DNA of 64,000 bases from Isurus oxyrinchus (taxonomy: Eukaryota), in NCBI GenBank assembly GCA_026770705.1, contig JANJGN010000016.1, positions 86,738,001 through 86,802,000 of the forward strand, in the 5' to 3' direction. Made by a program: the position numbers and the translations under genes. Below the pieces are notes generated by a model. The model did not search any database and was not told the DNA's origin. It saw only the letters and a program-made list of their open reading frames with translations. This document shows positions 17,001-29,779 of this stretch, piece after piece. Each line of letters starts with the position of its first letter. Position 1 is the stretch's first letter.

Positions 17001-19619
17001 CACCACCGGCATCACCCACGTTCCCACACCTGGCATCAAACACTCGTCCACCCCAGGCATCAGCCAATCCCCCATCCCTGGCATCACCAACTCCCTCCAC
17101 CCTCGGCATCACCCACTCCCTCAACCCCGGCATCACCCACCCTCCCATCCCCAGCATCACCCACCCTCCCACCCATGGCATCACTCACGCCCCTAACCAC
17201 GGCATCACCCAATCCCTGACTCCCAGCATCACTCAAACCCCCACCCATGGGTCCCTCATCCCACCCCCGACATCAGTCAATCCCCACCCGTGGCATCACC
17301 CAACCCCCACCACCGGCATCACCCACAATCCCACCTCTGGCATTACTCACACCCCCACACCCGGCATCACCCAGGCCCCCATCCCAGGCACCAACCAACC
17401 CCGAAACCCGGCATCATTCACCCCCTACCCCAGGCGTCACCCATGCCCACAACCCCAGCATCACACATCCCCTCACCCCCTGCATCACCCACGCCCCCAC
17501 CCCTGGCATCATCTATTCCCCCATCCCCGGCATCACCCACTATCCCAACACCGGCATCACCCGCTCCCCTACCCCAGGCATCAGCCATGCCCATCACCCC
17601 GGCATAACCCACCCCCTCAGCCCCGGCAACAACCCCCACCAACCCCTGATATCAACTATACCCCACCCATGGCATCACCCAACCCCTAACTCCGGCATCA
17701 CCCACATCCTCACTCCCGGCATCAGCCACCCCACAAAACCCCGGCATCACCCACCGCCCCATCCCCTCCATCTCCCATACCCCGACCACCGCCATCACCC
17801 ACACCCCTGCCCCCGGCATCACACTCCTCCTCACCCCCTGCATCACCCATGCCCCCACCAATGACATTACTCACCATCCCAACCCCAACACTGGCATCAC
17901 CCACTGCCCCCACTCCGGGCATCAGCCACCCCACCACCCCCGGCATCACCAACCCCCCCAAGCCCCGTCATCACCCACACCCGGCATCACACACACCCAT
18001 CACCCCCGGCAACACGAACTACCCCCCAACCGCAGCTTCACGCAACAACCAACCTCCCCAGCATCACACGCCTCCCACACCCGGCATCATCCACTCCCCC
18101 CACCCCCACCCCCAGCATCACCCACCCCTCCAACCGTGCCAACACCCACCCCCGGCATCACCCCTAGCATCACCCACACCCTCACCGCCAGCAACACCCA
18201 CCCCCAGCATCACCTACCACCCCCACCCCCACCTCCAGCATCACCCACCCCCTTACCGCCAACAACAACCACTCCACCAACCCTGCCATCACCCAGCCCC
18301 ATCATTACCCTCCCCCTACCCCAGACATCACACTCCCTCTAACTCCCGGCATCACCCACCCCCTCACCACCGGCACCAGCCAACCCCCCCCACACCCAAC
18401 TTCACCTATTCCCCCACCCCCAGCATCACCCACTCGCCCAACCCCGGCATCACCCAGCACCCCCACTCCCGGTATCACCTCCCACCTCACCCCCAGCAAC
18501 ACCTACGCTGCCAACAGTGGTATCACCCATACACCCCACTCCGGGCATCACCCATCCCACTAACCCGCCATCACCCACCAACCCCACTCCCAGCAACACC
18601 CAAACTGCCAACAATGGCACCACCCACTACTGGCATCACCCACACCACCACCCCCAGCATCACCCACAAACCCCAATCCAACTCCTGGCATCACCCACAA
18701 CCCCTACCCCGGCATCACCATCCTCACATGCCCAGCATCACCCACTCCCCCACCCCCGGTATCTCCCAGCCCCTCACCTCCGGCATTACCCACTCCCTCA
18801 CCCCCAGTTTCAGCCAACCCCCCACCCATGGGTCCCTCACCCCCAACCCCGGCATCAGCCAAACCCCACGCATGGCGTCACCCAACCACCACCACCGGCA
18901 TCACCCACACCCCCAGCTCTGGTATTACCCACTTTCGCACCCCTGGCATAACACAGGCCCCCAGCCCCGGCATCACCCACACCCCCACCTCTGGCATTTC
19001 ACACTCCCCCACACCCGGCATCACCTAGGCCCCCATCCTAGGCATCAACCAACCCCCACCCTCGGCATCGCCCAACCCCTACCCCAGGCATCACTCACGC
19101 CCACAATCCTGGCATCACACACCCCCTGACGCCTGGCATCACCCTCCACAACACCCCCGACATCACCTATTGCCCCTCCCCCGGCATCAACAACCTCCTC
19201 CACCCCCGGCATTACCCACACCCCCCCCACCCACGGCATCACGCACTCGCCCCTATCCCCTGCAACGCCCACACCCCACCCATGGCATCACTTACCACAC
19301 CATCCCCGGCAGCACCCACCTCCATACACCCGGCATCATCCACACCACCCCCCAACCCGCACCACCATCCATACACCCGTCTCCGGAATCAACCACCCCC
19401 CACCCACACCCAGCACCACACAGTCCCCAACCCTGGCAACACCCACCCCAGGCATTACCCACTCTCGACACCACCTGGCACCCCACCCACGGCAACATCC
19501 GTGCCCCCACCCCCGGCATCACCCACCACAACCACCCCTGGGATCACCCATCATGCTACACCCGGCATCACCACCACTGTAACCCCAGCAGCAACCACTC
19601 CCCCACCCATGGCAACACC

Positions 19620-21030
19620 CACACTCCCTACCCCGGTATCACGACCCCTTCACTCCCGGCACCACCCACTCCCCCACCCCCGGCATCACCCACACCCCCA
19701 CCTCCATCATTACCGAGTCCCTCAACCCCAGCATCAACCAACCCCCCACCCATGTGTCCCTCACCTCCACCCCCAGCATCAGCCAACCCCCACCCGCGGC
19801 ATCACCCACCACCCCACTCCCAGCATCAGCCAACCCCCACCCACGGCATCACCCAACCTCCACCACCGGCATCACCCACACTCCCACCTCTGGTATTACC
19901 CACCCCCCCACCCCGGCATCAACTGGCCCCCCACCCACGGCATCACCCACACCCCACACCCGGCATCACCCAGGCCCCCATCCCAGGCATCAACCACGCT
20001 CACAACCCCGGCATCACACACCCCCTCACACCCGGCATCACCCACCCCCCCCACCCTCGGCATCACCTATTCACCACCCCTGGCATCACCCACCATCCCA
20101 CACCCGGCATCACCCACCACCCTACCCCAGGCATCACCCATGCCCTTCACCCCAGCATCACCAACCTCCTCAACCCCAGCATCACCCATCACGTCACCCC
20201 CGGCATCACTCACCCCAACCCCCGGCATCACCCACTCCAGCACTCTCGGCATCACCCAGCACTCCCACCCATGGTATCACCTGCCCCCTCATCCCCAGCA
20301 ACACCCAACGCCCAACACGGGCATTACCCACACCCCACACTCCCGGCACCACCCACTCCCCCACCCCCGGCATCACCCACACCCCCACCTCCATCATTAC
20401 CGAGTCCCTCAACCCCAGCATCAACCAACCCCCCACCCATGTGTCCCTCACCTCCACCCCCAGCATCAGCCAACCCCCACCCGCGGCATCACCCACCACC
20501 CCACTCCCAGCATCAGCCAACCCCCACCCACGGCATCACCCAACCTCCACCACCGGCATCACCCACACTCCCACCTCTGGTATTACCCACCCCCCCACCC
20601 CGGCATCAACTGGCCCCCCACCCACGGCATCACCCACACCCCACACCCGGCATCACCCAGGCCCCCATCCCAGGCATCAACCACGCTCACAACCCCGGCA
20701 TCACACACCCCCTCACGCCCGGCATCACCCACCCCCCCCCACCCTCGGCATCACCTATTCACCACCCCTGGCATCACCCACCATCCCACACCCGGCATCA
20801 CCCACCACCCTACCCCAGGCATCACCCATGCCCTTCACCCCAGCATCACCAACCTTCTCAACCCCAGCATCACCCATCACGTCACCCCCGGCATCACCCA
20901 CCCCAACCCCCGGCATCACCCACTCCAGCACTCTCGGCATCACCCAGCACTCCCACCCATGGTATCACCTGCCCCCTCATCCCCAGCAACACCCAACGCC
21001 CAACACGGGCATTACCCACACCCCACACTC
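19620..21030. repeat. Tandem duplication of ~688 bp within the C-rich array
   Basis: Near-identical ORFs at 20067 and 20755 (offset 688); boundaries approximate. Confidence 0.85.
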
Positions 21031-21989
21031 CCAGCATCACCCACACCCCGTACCCCGGCATCACCCAGCCCCCCACACTCCGGCATTACCCACTCCCTCA
21101 ACTGAGCATCACCCAATCCCCCACCCATGGGTCCCTCAGCCCCCACCCCCAGCATCACCCAATCCCCCCACCCCCCAGCACCCCCTATTCCCCCACCCCC
21201 GGTATCACATGCCCCCTCACCCCCAGCAACACCCACACCCCCAGCACGGGCATTACCCTCACCCACCACTCCCGGCATCATCGACCCCACCAACCCCGGT
21301 ATCACCCACCACCCCCACCCCCAGCAACACCCACACCGCCAACACTGGCATCACACGCTCCCGGCATCACCCACACCACCAGCCCCGGCATCACCCACAC
21401 CCCCACCTCTGGCATTTCACATTCCCCCACCCCCCGGCATCACCTAGGCCCCCATCCTAGGCATCAACCAACCCCCACCCTCAGCATCGCCCAACCCGAC
21501 CCCAGGCGTCACTCACGCCCACAACCCCGGCATCACACACCCCCTCACACCTGGCATCACCCATCCCAACACCCCTAACATCACCTATTCCCCCAACCCT
21601 GGCATCACCAACATCCTCCACCCCCGGCATTACCCACTGCCCCACCCATGGCATCACCAACCACCCCATCTCCTGCATCACCCATACCCCCACCACCGGC
21701 ATCACCCAGCCCCCTACCCCCGGCATCAACCAACCCCCAACCCTAGCATCACCCACCCCTCCACTCACGGCATCCCCCACCCCCCCATTCATGGCATCAC
21801 CCACCCCTCCCATCCCCGGCATCATCCACACCCCCCCCACCCGCACCAACATCCACCCACCCCATCCCCGGAATCAACAACGCCCCCCAAACCCAGCACC
21901 ACGCAGGCCCCAACCCTGGCATCACCCACCGCAGGCTTTACCCACCCCACTATGGGCATCACCTGGCACCCCACCCACGGCAACATCCG

Positions 21990-23930
21990 CACCCCCACCC
22001 CCGACATCACTCACCCCCTCACCCCTGGCACCACCCACTCCCTCCACACTTGACATCATCTATTCCCCCACCCCCCCCATCCCAAGCATCACCCACCCCC
22101 CCCAACCATGGCATCAGCCACACCCCCAACCTCTGCATCATCAACACGCCCACCACCGGCATCACCCAACTCCCCCACCCATGGCCTCACCCACGCCCCC
22201 ACCTCAGGCATCAACCACCCCTTCACACCTGGCATCACCCAAACCTCAACCATGGCATCACCCACCCCTCCCATAGCCGGCAAAGACTACCACGCCACCC
22301 CAGGCATCACCCACCCCCTCAACCCCGGCATCACCCACCCCCCACCCATGGCATCGACCATCCTTCCCACCCCCGACAACCCACAACCCCCATCCCCGGC
22401 ATTCTCCTCCCCCCTCTACCCCCGTCATCACCCACCAGCCCATCCCCCAGCTGCATCCACACCCCCAACACTGGCATCACCCACCCCAACACCCCTGATA
22501 TCACCCACAAACCCCACCCCCACCCCCGGCATCATCCGCGCCCCCAAGCCCGGCATCACCCAAGCCCACCATCCCCCGGCATCCCCTATTCCCCCACCCC
22601 CGGTATCACCTGCCCCCTCACCCCCAGCAACACCCACACACCCAACACGGGCATTGCCCTCACCCACCACTCCCGGCATCATCCACCCCACCACCCCCGG
22701 CATCACCCACCACCCCCACCCCCAGTAACACCCACACTGCCAACACTGGCATCACCCACAACCCCCACCCACACTCCAGCATCACCCTCACCCCCTACCC
22801 CGGCATCACCACCCTGTCACGCCCGGCATCACACACTCCCCCATCCCAGGCTTCTCCCAGCCCCCCACCATCCGGCATTACCCACTCCCTCAACCCAGCA
22901 TCACCCAATCCCCCACCCATGGGTCCCTCACCCTCCAGCCCTGGCACCACCCAACCCCCAGCTCTGGCATTTCTCACTCTCCCACCCCCGGCATCACCCA
23001 CCCCCTCACCCCCGGCACCACCCACCCCCTCCACACTCGACATCACCTATTCCCCCACCCCCCCATCCCAAGCAGCACCTACCCCCCCAACCGTGGCATC
23101 ACCCATCCCCCCATCCTCTGCATCATCCACACGCCCACCACCAGCATCACCCAACCCCCCCACCCACGGTTTCACCCACGCCCCCACCTCCGGCATCACC
23201 CACCCCCTCCACCCCGGCATCACCCAAACCTCATCCATGGCATCACCCACCCCTCCCATAGCCGGCAAAGACTACCACGCCACCCCAGGCATCACCCACC
23301 CCCTCAACACCGGCATCACCCACCCCCCACCCATGGCATCGCTCACCCCTCCCACCACCGACAACCCCCAACCCCCATCCCCGGCATTCCCCTCCCCCCT
23401 CTATCCCCGGCATCACCCACCAGCCCATCCCCCAGCTGCATCCACACCGCCAACACTGGCATCACCGACCCCAACACCCTTGATATCACCCACAAACCCC
23501 ATCCCCACCTCTGGCATCATCCGCGCCCCCATGCCCGGCATCACCCAAGCCCCCCACTCCCCGGCATCCCCTATTCCTCCACCCCCGGTATCACCTGCCC
23601 CCTCACCCCCAGCAAGACCCACACACCCAACACGAGCATTACCCTCACCCACCACTCCCGGCATCACCCACACCACCACCCCCGGCATCACCCACAACCC
23701 CCACCCACACTCCGGCATCACCCTCACCCCCTACCTTGGCATCACCACCCTGTCACGCCTGGCATCACACACTCCTCCATCCCCGGCTTCTCCCAGCCCC
23801 CCACCATCCGGCATTACCCACTCCCTCAACCCAGCATCACCCAATCCCCCACCCATGGATCCCTCACCCTCCAGCCCTGGCATCACCCAACCCCCAGCTC
23901 TGGCATTTCTCACTCTCCCACCCTCAGCAT
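21990..23930. repeat. Diverged tandem duplication of ~985 bp within the C-rich array
   Basis: The unique marker ccatagccggcaaagactaccacgcc occurs at ~22271 and ~23256; ORFs at 22258/23243 and 22428/23413 are offset by 985. Confidence 0.8.
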
Positions 23931-25820
23931 CACCTGGCATCAACCGTGCCCCCTCCCCTGGCATCACCCATTATGCTACACCCGACATTACCTACCGCCG
24001 CATCCCCGGCATTACCCACCCCCCCCCACCCATGGCATCATCCACCACCCCCAATCCCAACAACAGCCACACCCGCAACGCTGACATCACCCACACCCCC
24101 TATTGCCGGCATCACCCACCCCACAACACCCGGCATCACCCACAACCTCCACCCCCACTTCCAGCATCACCCAAACACCTACTCATAAGTCCCTCACCCC
24201 TCACCTGCAGCATCACCCACCCCCCCACACCCCCGGCATCACCCACCCCCCCACCCCGCCATCACCTGGCCCCCCACTGACGGCATCATCCATGTCCCCA
24301 CCCCCGGCATCACCCAACCCCCACCACCGGCATCACCCACACCCCCACCTCTGGCATTACCCACTCCCCCACCCCAGGCATCACCCAGGCCCCCAACAAA
24401 GACATCAACTACCCCCCCTACCCCACGCATTACCCACGCCCACAACCCCGCCATCACCCACACCCTCCTCACTCGATGTCACCTATTCCCCCACGCCCCC
24501 CATCCCACTCATCACCCCACGCTCCAACCATGGCATCACCCACCCTCCCATCCTCTGCATCATCCTCACGCCCACCACCGGCATCACCCACCCCCTCAAC
24601 ACCGGCATCACCCACCCTCCCCACCCATGGCATCGCCCACCCCTCCCACACACGACAACCCCCAACCCCCGTCCCCGGCATTACCCACCAGCCCATTCCC
24701 CAGCAGCATCCACACCCCCAACACTGGCATCACCCACCCCACCACCCCCGACATCACCCACAACCCCCACCCACCACTCCTGGCATCACCCAGCCCCCCA
24801 CCTCCGGCATTACCCTCACACCCTGCATCACCCAACACCCCCACCCATGGGTCCCTCAGCCTCCACCCTCGGCATCACGCAGCCCCCCACCCACGGCATC
24901 ACCCAACCCCCCACCCACGGCATCACCCAACCCCCCACCCACGGCATCATACGCGCCCCCACCCCCGGCATCACCCAACCCTGACCACCGGCATCACCCA
25001 CACCCCCACCCCCCGGCATCACATACCCCCTACCCCCGGCATCATCCACTCCCCCACCCTCGGCATAACCAACCCCCTCTACCTCAGCATCACCCATCAC
25101 GTCACCCCCAACATCAACCACCCACCCCCCCTATCGCCGACATCAACCACCCCCCACCCCCAGCATCACCCACCTCCCGCACCCCCAGCATCACTCACTC
25201 CCGCACCCCGGCATCACCCACACCCCGTCCCCCACTCCCACCCCCACCCCCGGCATCACCCTGTGCCCCACCCCCGGCATCACCCACACCCCGTCCCCCA
25301 CTACCACCCCCACCCGCGGCATCACCCTCTCCCCCACCCCCGGCATCACCCTGTCCCCCACCCCCGGCATCACCCTGTCCCCCACCCCCGGCATCACCAT
25401 TCCCCTTCACCCACGGCATCACCCAGCACCTCAACCCCAGCATCACCCATCACGCTACCCCCGGCATCATTCACCCTCCCATCGGCAGCATCACCCACAC
25501 CCCCAACCTCCAACATCACCCACCCCCCCCCACCCCCGGCATCACCCACGCCCCCAACCCCGGCATCACCCACACACCCCCCACCCCCGGCATCACCCAC
25601 ACCCCCAACCCCGGCATCACCCACACCCCCCCCACCCCCGGCATCACCCACACCCCCAACCCCGGCATCACCCACACCCCCCCACCCCCGGCATCACCCA
25701 CCCCCCCCCACCCCCGGCATCACCCACACCCCCCCACCCCCGGCATCACCCACACCCCCAACCCCGGCATCACCCTCCACCTCCACCCATGGCATCACCC
25801 ACCCCCACCCCTCCACCCCC

Positions 25821-26293
25821 TACAACACTCAAGAAGCTTGACACAATCCAGGACAAAACAGCCCACTTGATTGGCACCACATCCACAAACATTCACTCCC
25901 TCCACTACCGACACACAGTGGCAGCAGTGTGTACCATCTACAAGATGCACTGCAGAAACACGCCAAGTCTCCTTAGACAGCACCTTCCAAACCCACGACT
26001 ACCGATATCTAGAAGGACAAGGGCAGCAGGTAGGTGGGAAAACCACGACATGGAAGTTCCCCTACTAGCCACTCACCATCCTGATTTGGAAATATATTGT
26101 TGTTCCTTCACTGTCTCTGGGTCAAAATCCTAGAACTCCCTCCCTAACAGCACTGTGGGTGTACCTACACCACATGGACAGCATGATTCAAGAAGGCAGC
26201 TCACCACCACATTCTCAAGGGCAATTAGGAATGGGCAATAGATGCTGACCTAGTCAGCGACACCCACAAGCCATAAATGAATAAAAAATAAAT
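25821..26293 (+). mobile_element. 5'-truncated 3' end of a non-LTR retrotransposon (CR1/L2-group LINE)
   Basis: Encodes TLKKLDTIQDKTAHLIG...SLHYRHTVAAVCTIYKMH, typical of the post-RT C-terminal region; ends in an A-rich tail (gaataaaaaataaata). Confidence 0.75.
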
Positions 26294-26319
26294 AGACTTG
26301 TTGATGACAGAAATATTGC

Positions 26320-26675
26320 TTGGAAAGTAAGTTGTCAAGAGGACAGAATGGGCCAATAAAGGGATTTAGATCGGTTAAGCGAGTGGGGAAATATTTGGCA
26401 GGTGGGGAATAATGTGGGAGAATGTGTATTGTCCGCTTGGTAGGAAGAATAGAAAAGCAGTAAATTATTTGAATGGAACGAGGCTGCAGAACTCTGCGAT
26501 CCAGAGGGATCTGGGTGTCCTGGTGCATGAATCACAAAAAGTCGGTTTGCAGATGCAGCAAGTGATTCGGAAGGTAGATGGAATGTTGGTGGTTATTGCA
26601 ACAGGATCGAGTGTAAAAGTAGCACAGGGCCTGAGAGCACATCTCCTGGACTGGCTACAGTTTGCACTCCTGACT
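26320..26675 (+). mobile_element. Degenerate CR1-type LINE ORF2 fragment (late RT region)
   Basis: Translation GRKNRKAVNYLNGTRLQNSAIQRDLGVLVHESQKV matches the CR1 'RDLGV' region; frameshifted. Confidence 0.85.
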
Positions 26676-26941
26676 TAATTGTGGTTGTGATGATTTAATC
26701 CCAGCAACTTCCAGTTTCTTTTCTGTTTTTAATCTTGTAAATTCAAGAGATTCAGGATGAAACTGATCATTTTAAAATGATTGATAATTGGCTTTGAAAC
26801 AAATCTTCTCCTGATGTGTCATTGATTGACTGGCCAACCAGCCAATCAGGACAATCACTTGCTGAAAGGCAGCCAATCAGCTGATGGGGAGGTGGGACAT
26901 TTCCAAAGCACTCACCAGACAGAGACTGAATATTCTTAATG

Positions 26942-27042
26942 TTTATTACCTTTTACACATTGACATTTACAGAAAAAAGACTTGAATAAACAGCCCAGCC
27001 AGAGGGAGCTGGAGAAATTCACAGGGAGAATGGAGGTTTATT
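26942..27042 (-). terminator. Two candidate polyadenylation signals of the light-chain transcript
   Basis: AATAAA on the minus strand at 27037-27042 and 26942-26947, about 570 and 665 nt after the C-exon stop. Confidence 0.6.
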
Positions 27043-27244
27043 AAAACGCTTGTGGAGATTTTCTCCAGAACATGAGAATCCTGTCCCTTTAAACAGTGAC
27101 TAAACCTTAAATTGTAACTGCAGGGTGAGCAGGAAGGGGTCTGGTTTACTGAAGCAGACACTTCGGAGGGTCACATTATTTTTGTACAGCTGACAGTCTT
27201 CAGCATCTTAGAAAGGTTTAACTTAGCATCACAAGATTAAACTG

Positions 27245-27450
27245 ACCCATCAAACACTCCCAGGACAGGTACAGCACGGGGTTAGATACAGAGTAAAGGT
27301 CCCTCTACACTGTCCCCGTCAAACACTCCCAAGGCAGGTACAGCACGGGGTTAGATACAGAGTAAAGCTCCCTCTACACTGTCCCCATCAAACACTCCCA
27401 GGACAGGTACAACACAGTGTTAGATACAGAATGAACCTCACTGTACACTG
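27245..27450. repeat. 69-bp tandem repeat (~3 copies) in the predicted 3' UTR
   Basis: caaacactccc recurs at 27251, 27320 and 27389; unit ccatcaaacactcccaggacaggtacagcacggggttagatacagagtaaagctccctctacactgtcc. Confidence 0.9.
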
Positions 27451-27610
27451 CACCAATAACGTGCGTTAACCCCTGACCCTCAGAAGTGTCTCAGAGCCAG
27501 TCCTGAGAAGGAAGAGAGTTGTAATTTGGTGCTGACAATGACCTTTGCCCTCCCAGCTCACCCCTGTTCTATTTAAAGTTGTATCTCCTCTGTGGACTGT
27601 CTCTAACACT

Positions 27611-27939
27611 CTACGCACATTCTGATCTCCTGATGCTCTTGCTGAGGGGAGAGGAAAGACTCTCGTGGGTGACGACACAGGAGAAGCTGGCGTTGGACTC
27701 CCAGCCGGAGCCAGAGAGGGTCAGCAGGCTGCTGACGCTGTAGGTGCTGTCCGAAGCTCGCAGGTAGTTGCTGGTCTGAACCCCGTCCGAAATGGCTGCA
27801 CCGTCCTTCTTCCACTCCACCTTCACCTCATCGGGATAGAAGTGATTGGCAAGGCACACCAGGGTGGCAGTGCCCTTGGTCTTGACCTCCTCTGGGGAGG
27901 GGGGCAGCAGGGTCACTGTGGGTGGTGACTTCTCTCTGC
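27611..27939 (-). CDS. IGKC: Ig light-chain constant exon (kappa/NS4-like), intact
   Basis: Acceptor ttccatttcAG at 27941-27940; phase-1 splice from J gives S-REKSPPTVTLLPPSPEEVKTKGTATLVCLANHFYPDEVKVEWKKDG...YSVSSLLTLSGSGWESNASFSCVVTHESLSSPLSKSIRRSECA*; C1-set Cys/Trp/Cys and a penultimate Cys for the H-L disulfide. Confidence 0.97.
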
Positions 27940-28099
27940 CTGAAATGGAAGAGAAGGAAGTTTAATCACTGTCATTATAATGTATTTCAACTTCCCGAAT
28001 ATTAACTGGGATGAAATCTGTGTAAATGTATAGATGATGCAAAATTCTTATAATCCATCCAGGTGATTTTTTTTCGGCAGAACATAACAAACTCAGCAA

Positions 28100-29330
28100 G
28101 AGAAGGGACAGTTTTGGACAATTTCAGGGAATGAATCTGTGCAAGTGGAATGTGTTTCAGTGGGAGAGTATTTGGGTAATAGTGATCATAATTCAGTTAG
28201 ATTTAGAGCAGTTATGGAAAAGGATAAAGATAGACCAAGTGTAAAATTTGTACATTAGGGAAAGGCCAATTTGCCAAAATGGACAGGAAACAGAAACCTG
28301 AAGATAAATCAGTGTCAGAGCAATGGGAAACATTCAGGAAAGATATAAAATGGGCTCAGAACAAATATCTTCACACAAAGAAATAGCGTGGGACATTGCA
28401 AGAGGATAACTAAAGGTTGAGTAAGGCCAATTGGAGACCAAAAAATAGATCTCTGTCACTCACTCTCTGTCACTCTTCCTGACTCCCCCTGTATCTCTTT
28501 CTCACCCACTCTCTCTCTCTGTATCTCTGTCACACTCACCCTCTCTCTCCCTCCCTCTCCCCCTCTTTCCCTCCTTCTCTCTCCTCCTTACTCTCTGACT
28601 CTCTCTCTCTTTCCTTTTCTCTATCTCCCTCTCTCTCTCCCTCTCTCTCTCCCTCTCTCTCTCCCTCTCTCTCTCCCTCTCACTCTCCCTCTCTCTCTCC
28701 CTCCCTCCGTCTCACTCACTCTCTGTATTGGGGGGAGGGGTGGGGTTGGAAGCACATAGATGGTTCTGAATGAATAATTTACATCTGTTTTCACACAAGA
28801 GAGGGACAACGCGGACATTCTAGTTGAGGAGGAGCAGAATTGTGAAATATTGGATGGGATAAACATGGTGAGAGAGGAGATATTAATGTGTTCAGCATCT
28901 TGGAGAGTGGATAAATCCCCAGACCCGGATGAATTGTATCCCAGGCAGGAAAGGAAACAAGGGAAGAAATAGCAGAGGCTCTGACCATTATTTCCCAATC
29001 CTCTCTGGATAGGGGTGTGGTGTCAGAGGGCTGGAGGACTGATAATGTTGTTTAAAAAGGGAGGAAGGGATAGACTGAGAAATTACAGACCAGTCACTCT
29101 AACCTCAGTGGTGGGCAAATGTCAGAAATCTTTCTAAGAGAAATTCTCATCATCATGAGGAGGTAACAAGAAGGGTTGACAACGATAGCGAGTTTGATGT
29201 AATCGATGTGGATTTTAGCAAGACTTCTGACATGGACAGACTGGTCAGAAAGTTAAAACTCATTGGATCCCAGGGAAAGGAGCAAGTTGTGTTTCAAATT
29301 GGTTGAGTGGCAGGAGGTAAAGGTTTGATG
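28100..29330 (+). mobile_element. Decayed, internally deleted CR1-type LINE ORF2 (endonuclease end to early RT) in the J-C intron, antisense to the Ig gene
   Basis: Motifs VGEYLGNSDHNSVRF (~28160), KSPDPDELYPR (~28913), NYRPVTLTSVVGK (~29082) and a DFSKTSD variant of DFSKAFD (~29210); interrupted by a CT-rich tract. Confidence 0.88.
28450..28725. repeat. (CT)-rich / (CTCTCTCTCC)n low-complexity tract
   Basis: Direct inspection. Confidence 0.9.
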
Positions 29331-29779
29331 TTAAGCTGGTTAAATCATATTGGGCTGTTACTTAGACATTTGTAAAGAGGGTTACCATATTCAGCACTGA
29401 AATGGTTAATAGTAAGAGTGTTTAAAGACTCAGTGTCCCTCTAAGACACTGTTAAGCTGTCAGGAAGCTCTGGCTATTAATCAGCCTGTCCGGGGAAACA
29501 GGTTCACATTAACAATCCTCAGATCACACACACATCGAGAGAACTTTATCCCAGAATGTTGGAGCACACTTGGATCAACCCACTTCAGAAAGGATTCAGA
29601 TTGGGTCTCGGTATAGAAGATTCTAGATTTCATTTCAAACCTTGCCGCCCAGCACTGGAGAGAGGTCAAGGGCGAGGCTACAATTAGTCTCAGAGTCTGG
29701 GGGTCAGACAAGGTCACGACTCCGAATGACCCCATGAACCATGGAAAGTGAGAGTACGAGGGTCAGGATTAGTCTCAAT

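Larger units (their letters stand above)
1..25820. repeat. C-rich degenerate satellite/minisatellite array, core (CC)CCGGCATCACCCAC(A/C)CC, monomer ~20-26 bp; runs off the left edge
   Basis: GGCATCACCC core recurs every ~20-26 nt throughout; extreme strand skew (plus strand C/A-rich and G-poor); all ORFs here are P/H/T-rich or G/V/W-rich repeat translations. Confidence 0.97.

Noticed and set aside
1-25820. Telomeric repeat array
   Set aside because: No (CCCTAA)n runs; the core is GGCATCACCC
568-25870. Long Pro/His/Thr-rich ORFs (up to 954 aa) resembling mucins or extensins
   Set aside because: They are open in several overlapping frames because the C-rich strand rarely forms stops; the repeat period is not a constant multiple of 3, frames shift constantly, and there is no gene structure
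25914-27920. Perfect heptamers at 25914, 26151, 27413 and 27914 as a kappa-deleting element or extra RSS
   Set aside because: No credible nonamer seen at 12 or 23 spacing; they lie in LINE, tandem-repeat or coding sequence
26320-29330. CR1 fragments on both sides of the C exon as one element that captured the exon
   Set aside because: Both are plus strand, but the 3' part lies left of the 5' part, so the order is not colinear; independent insertions are simpler
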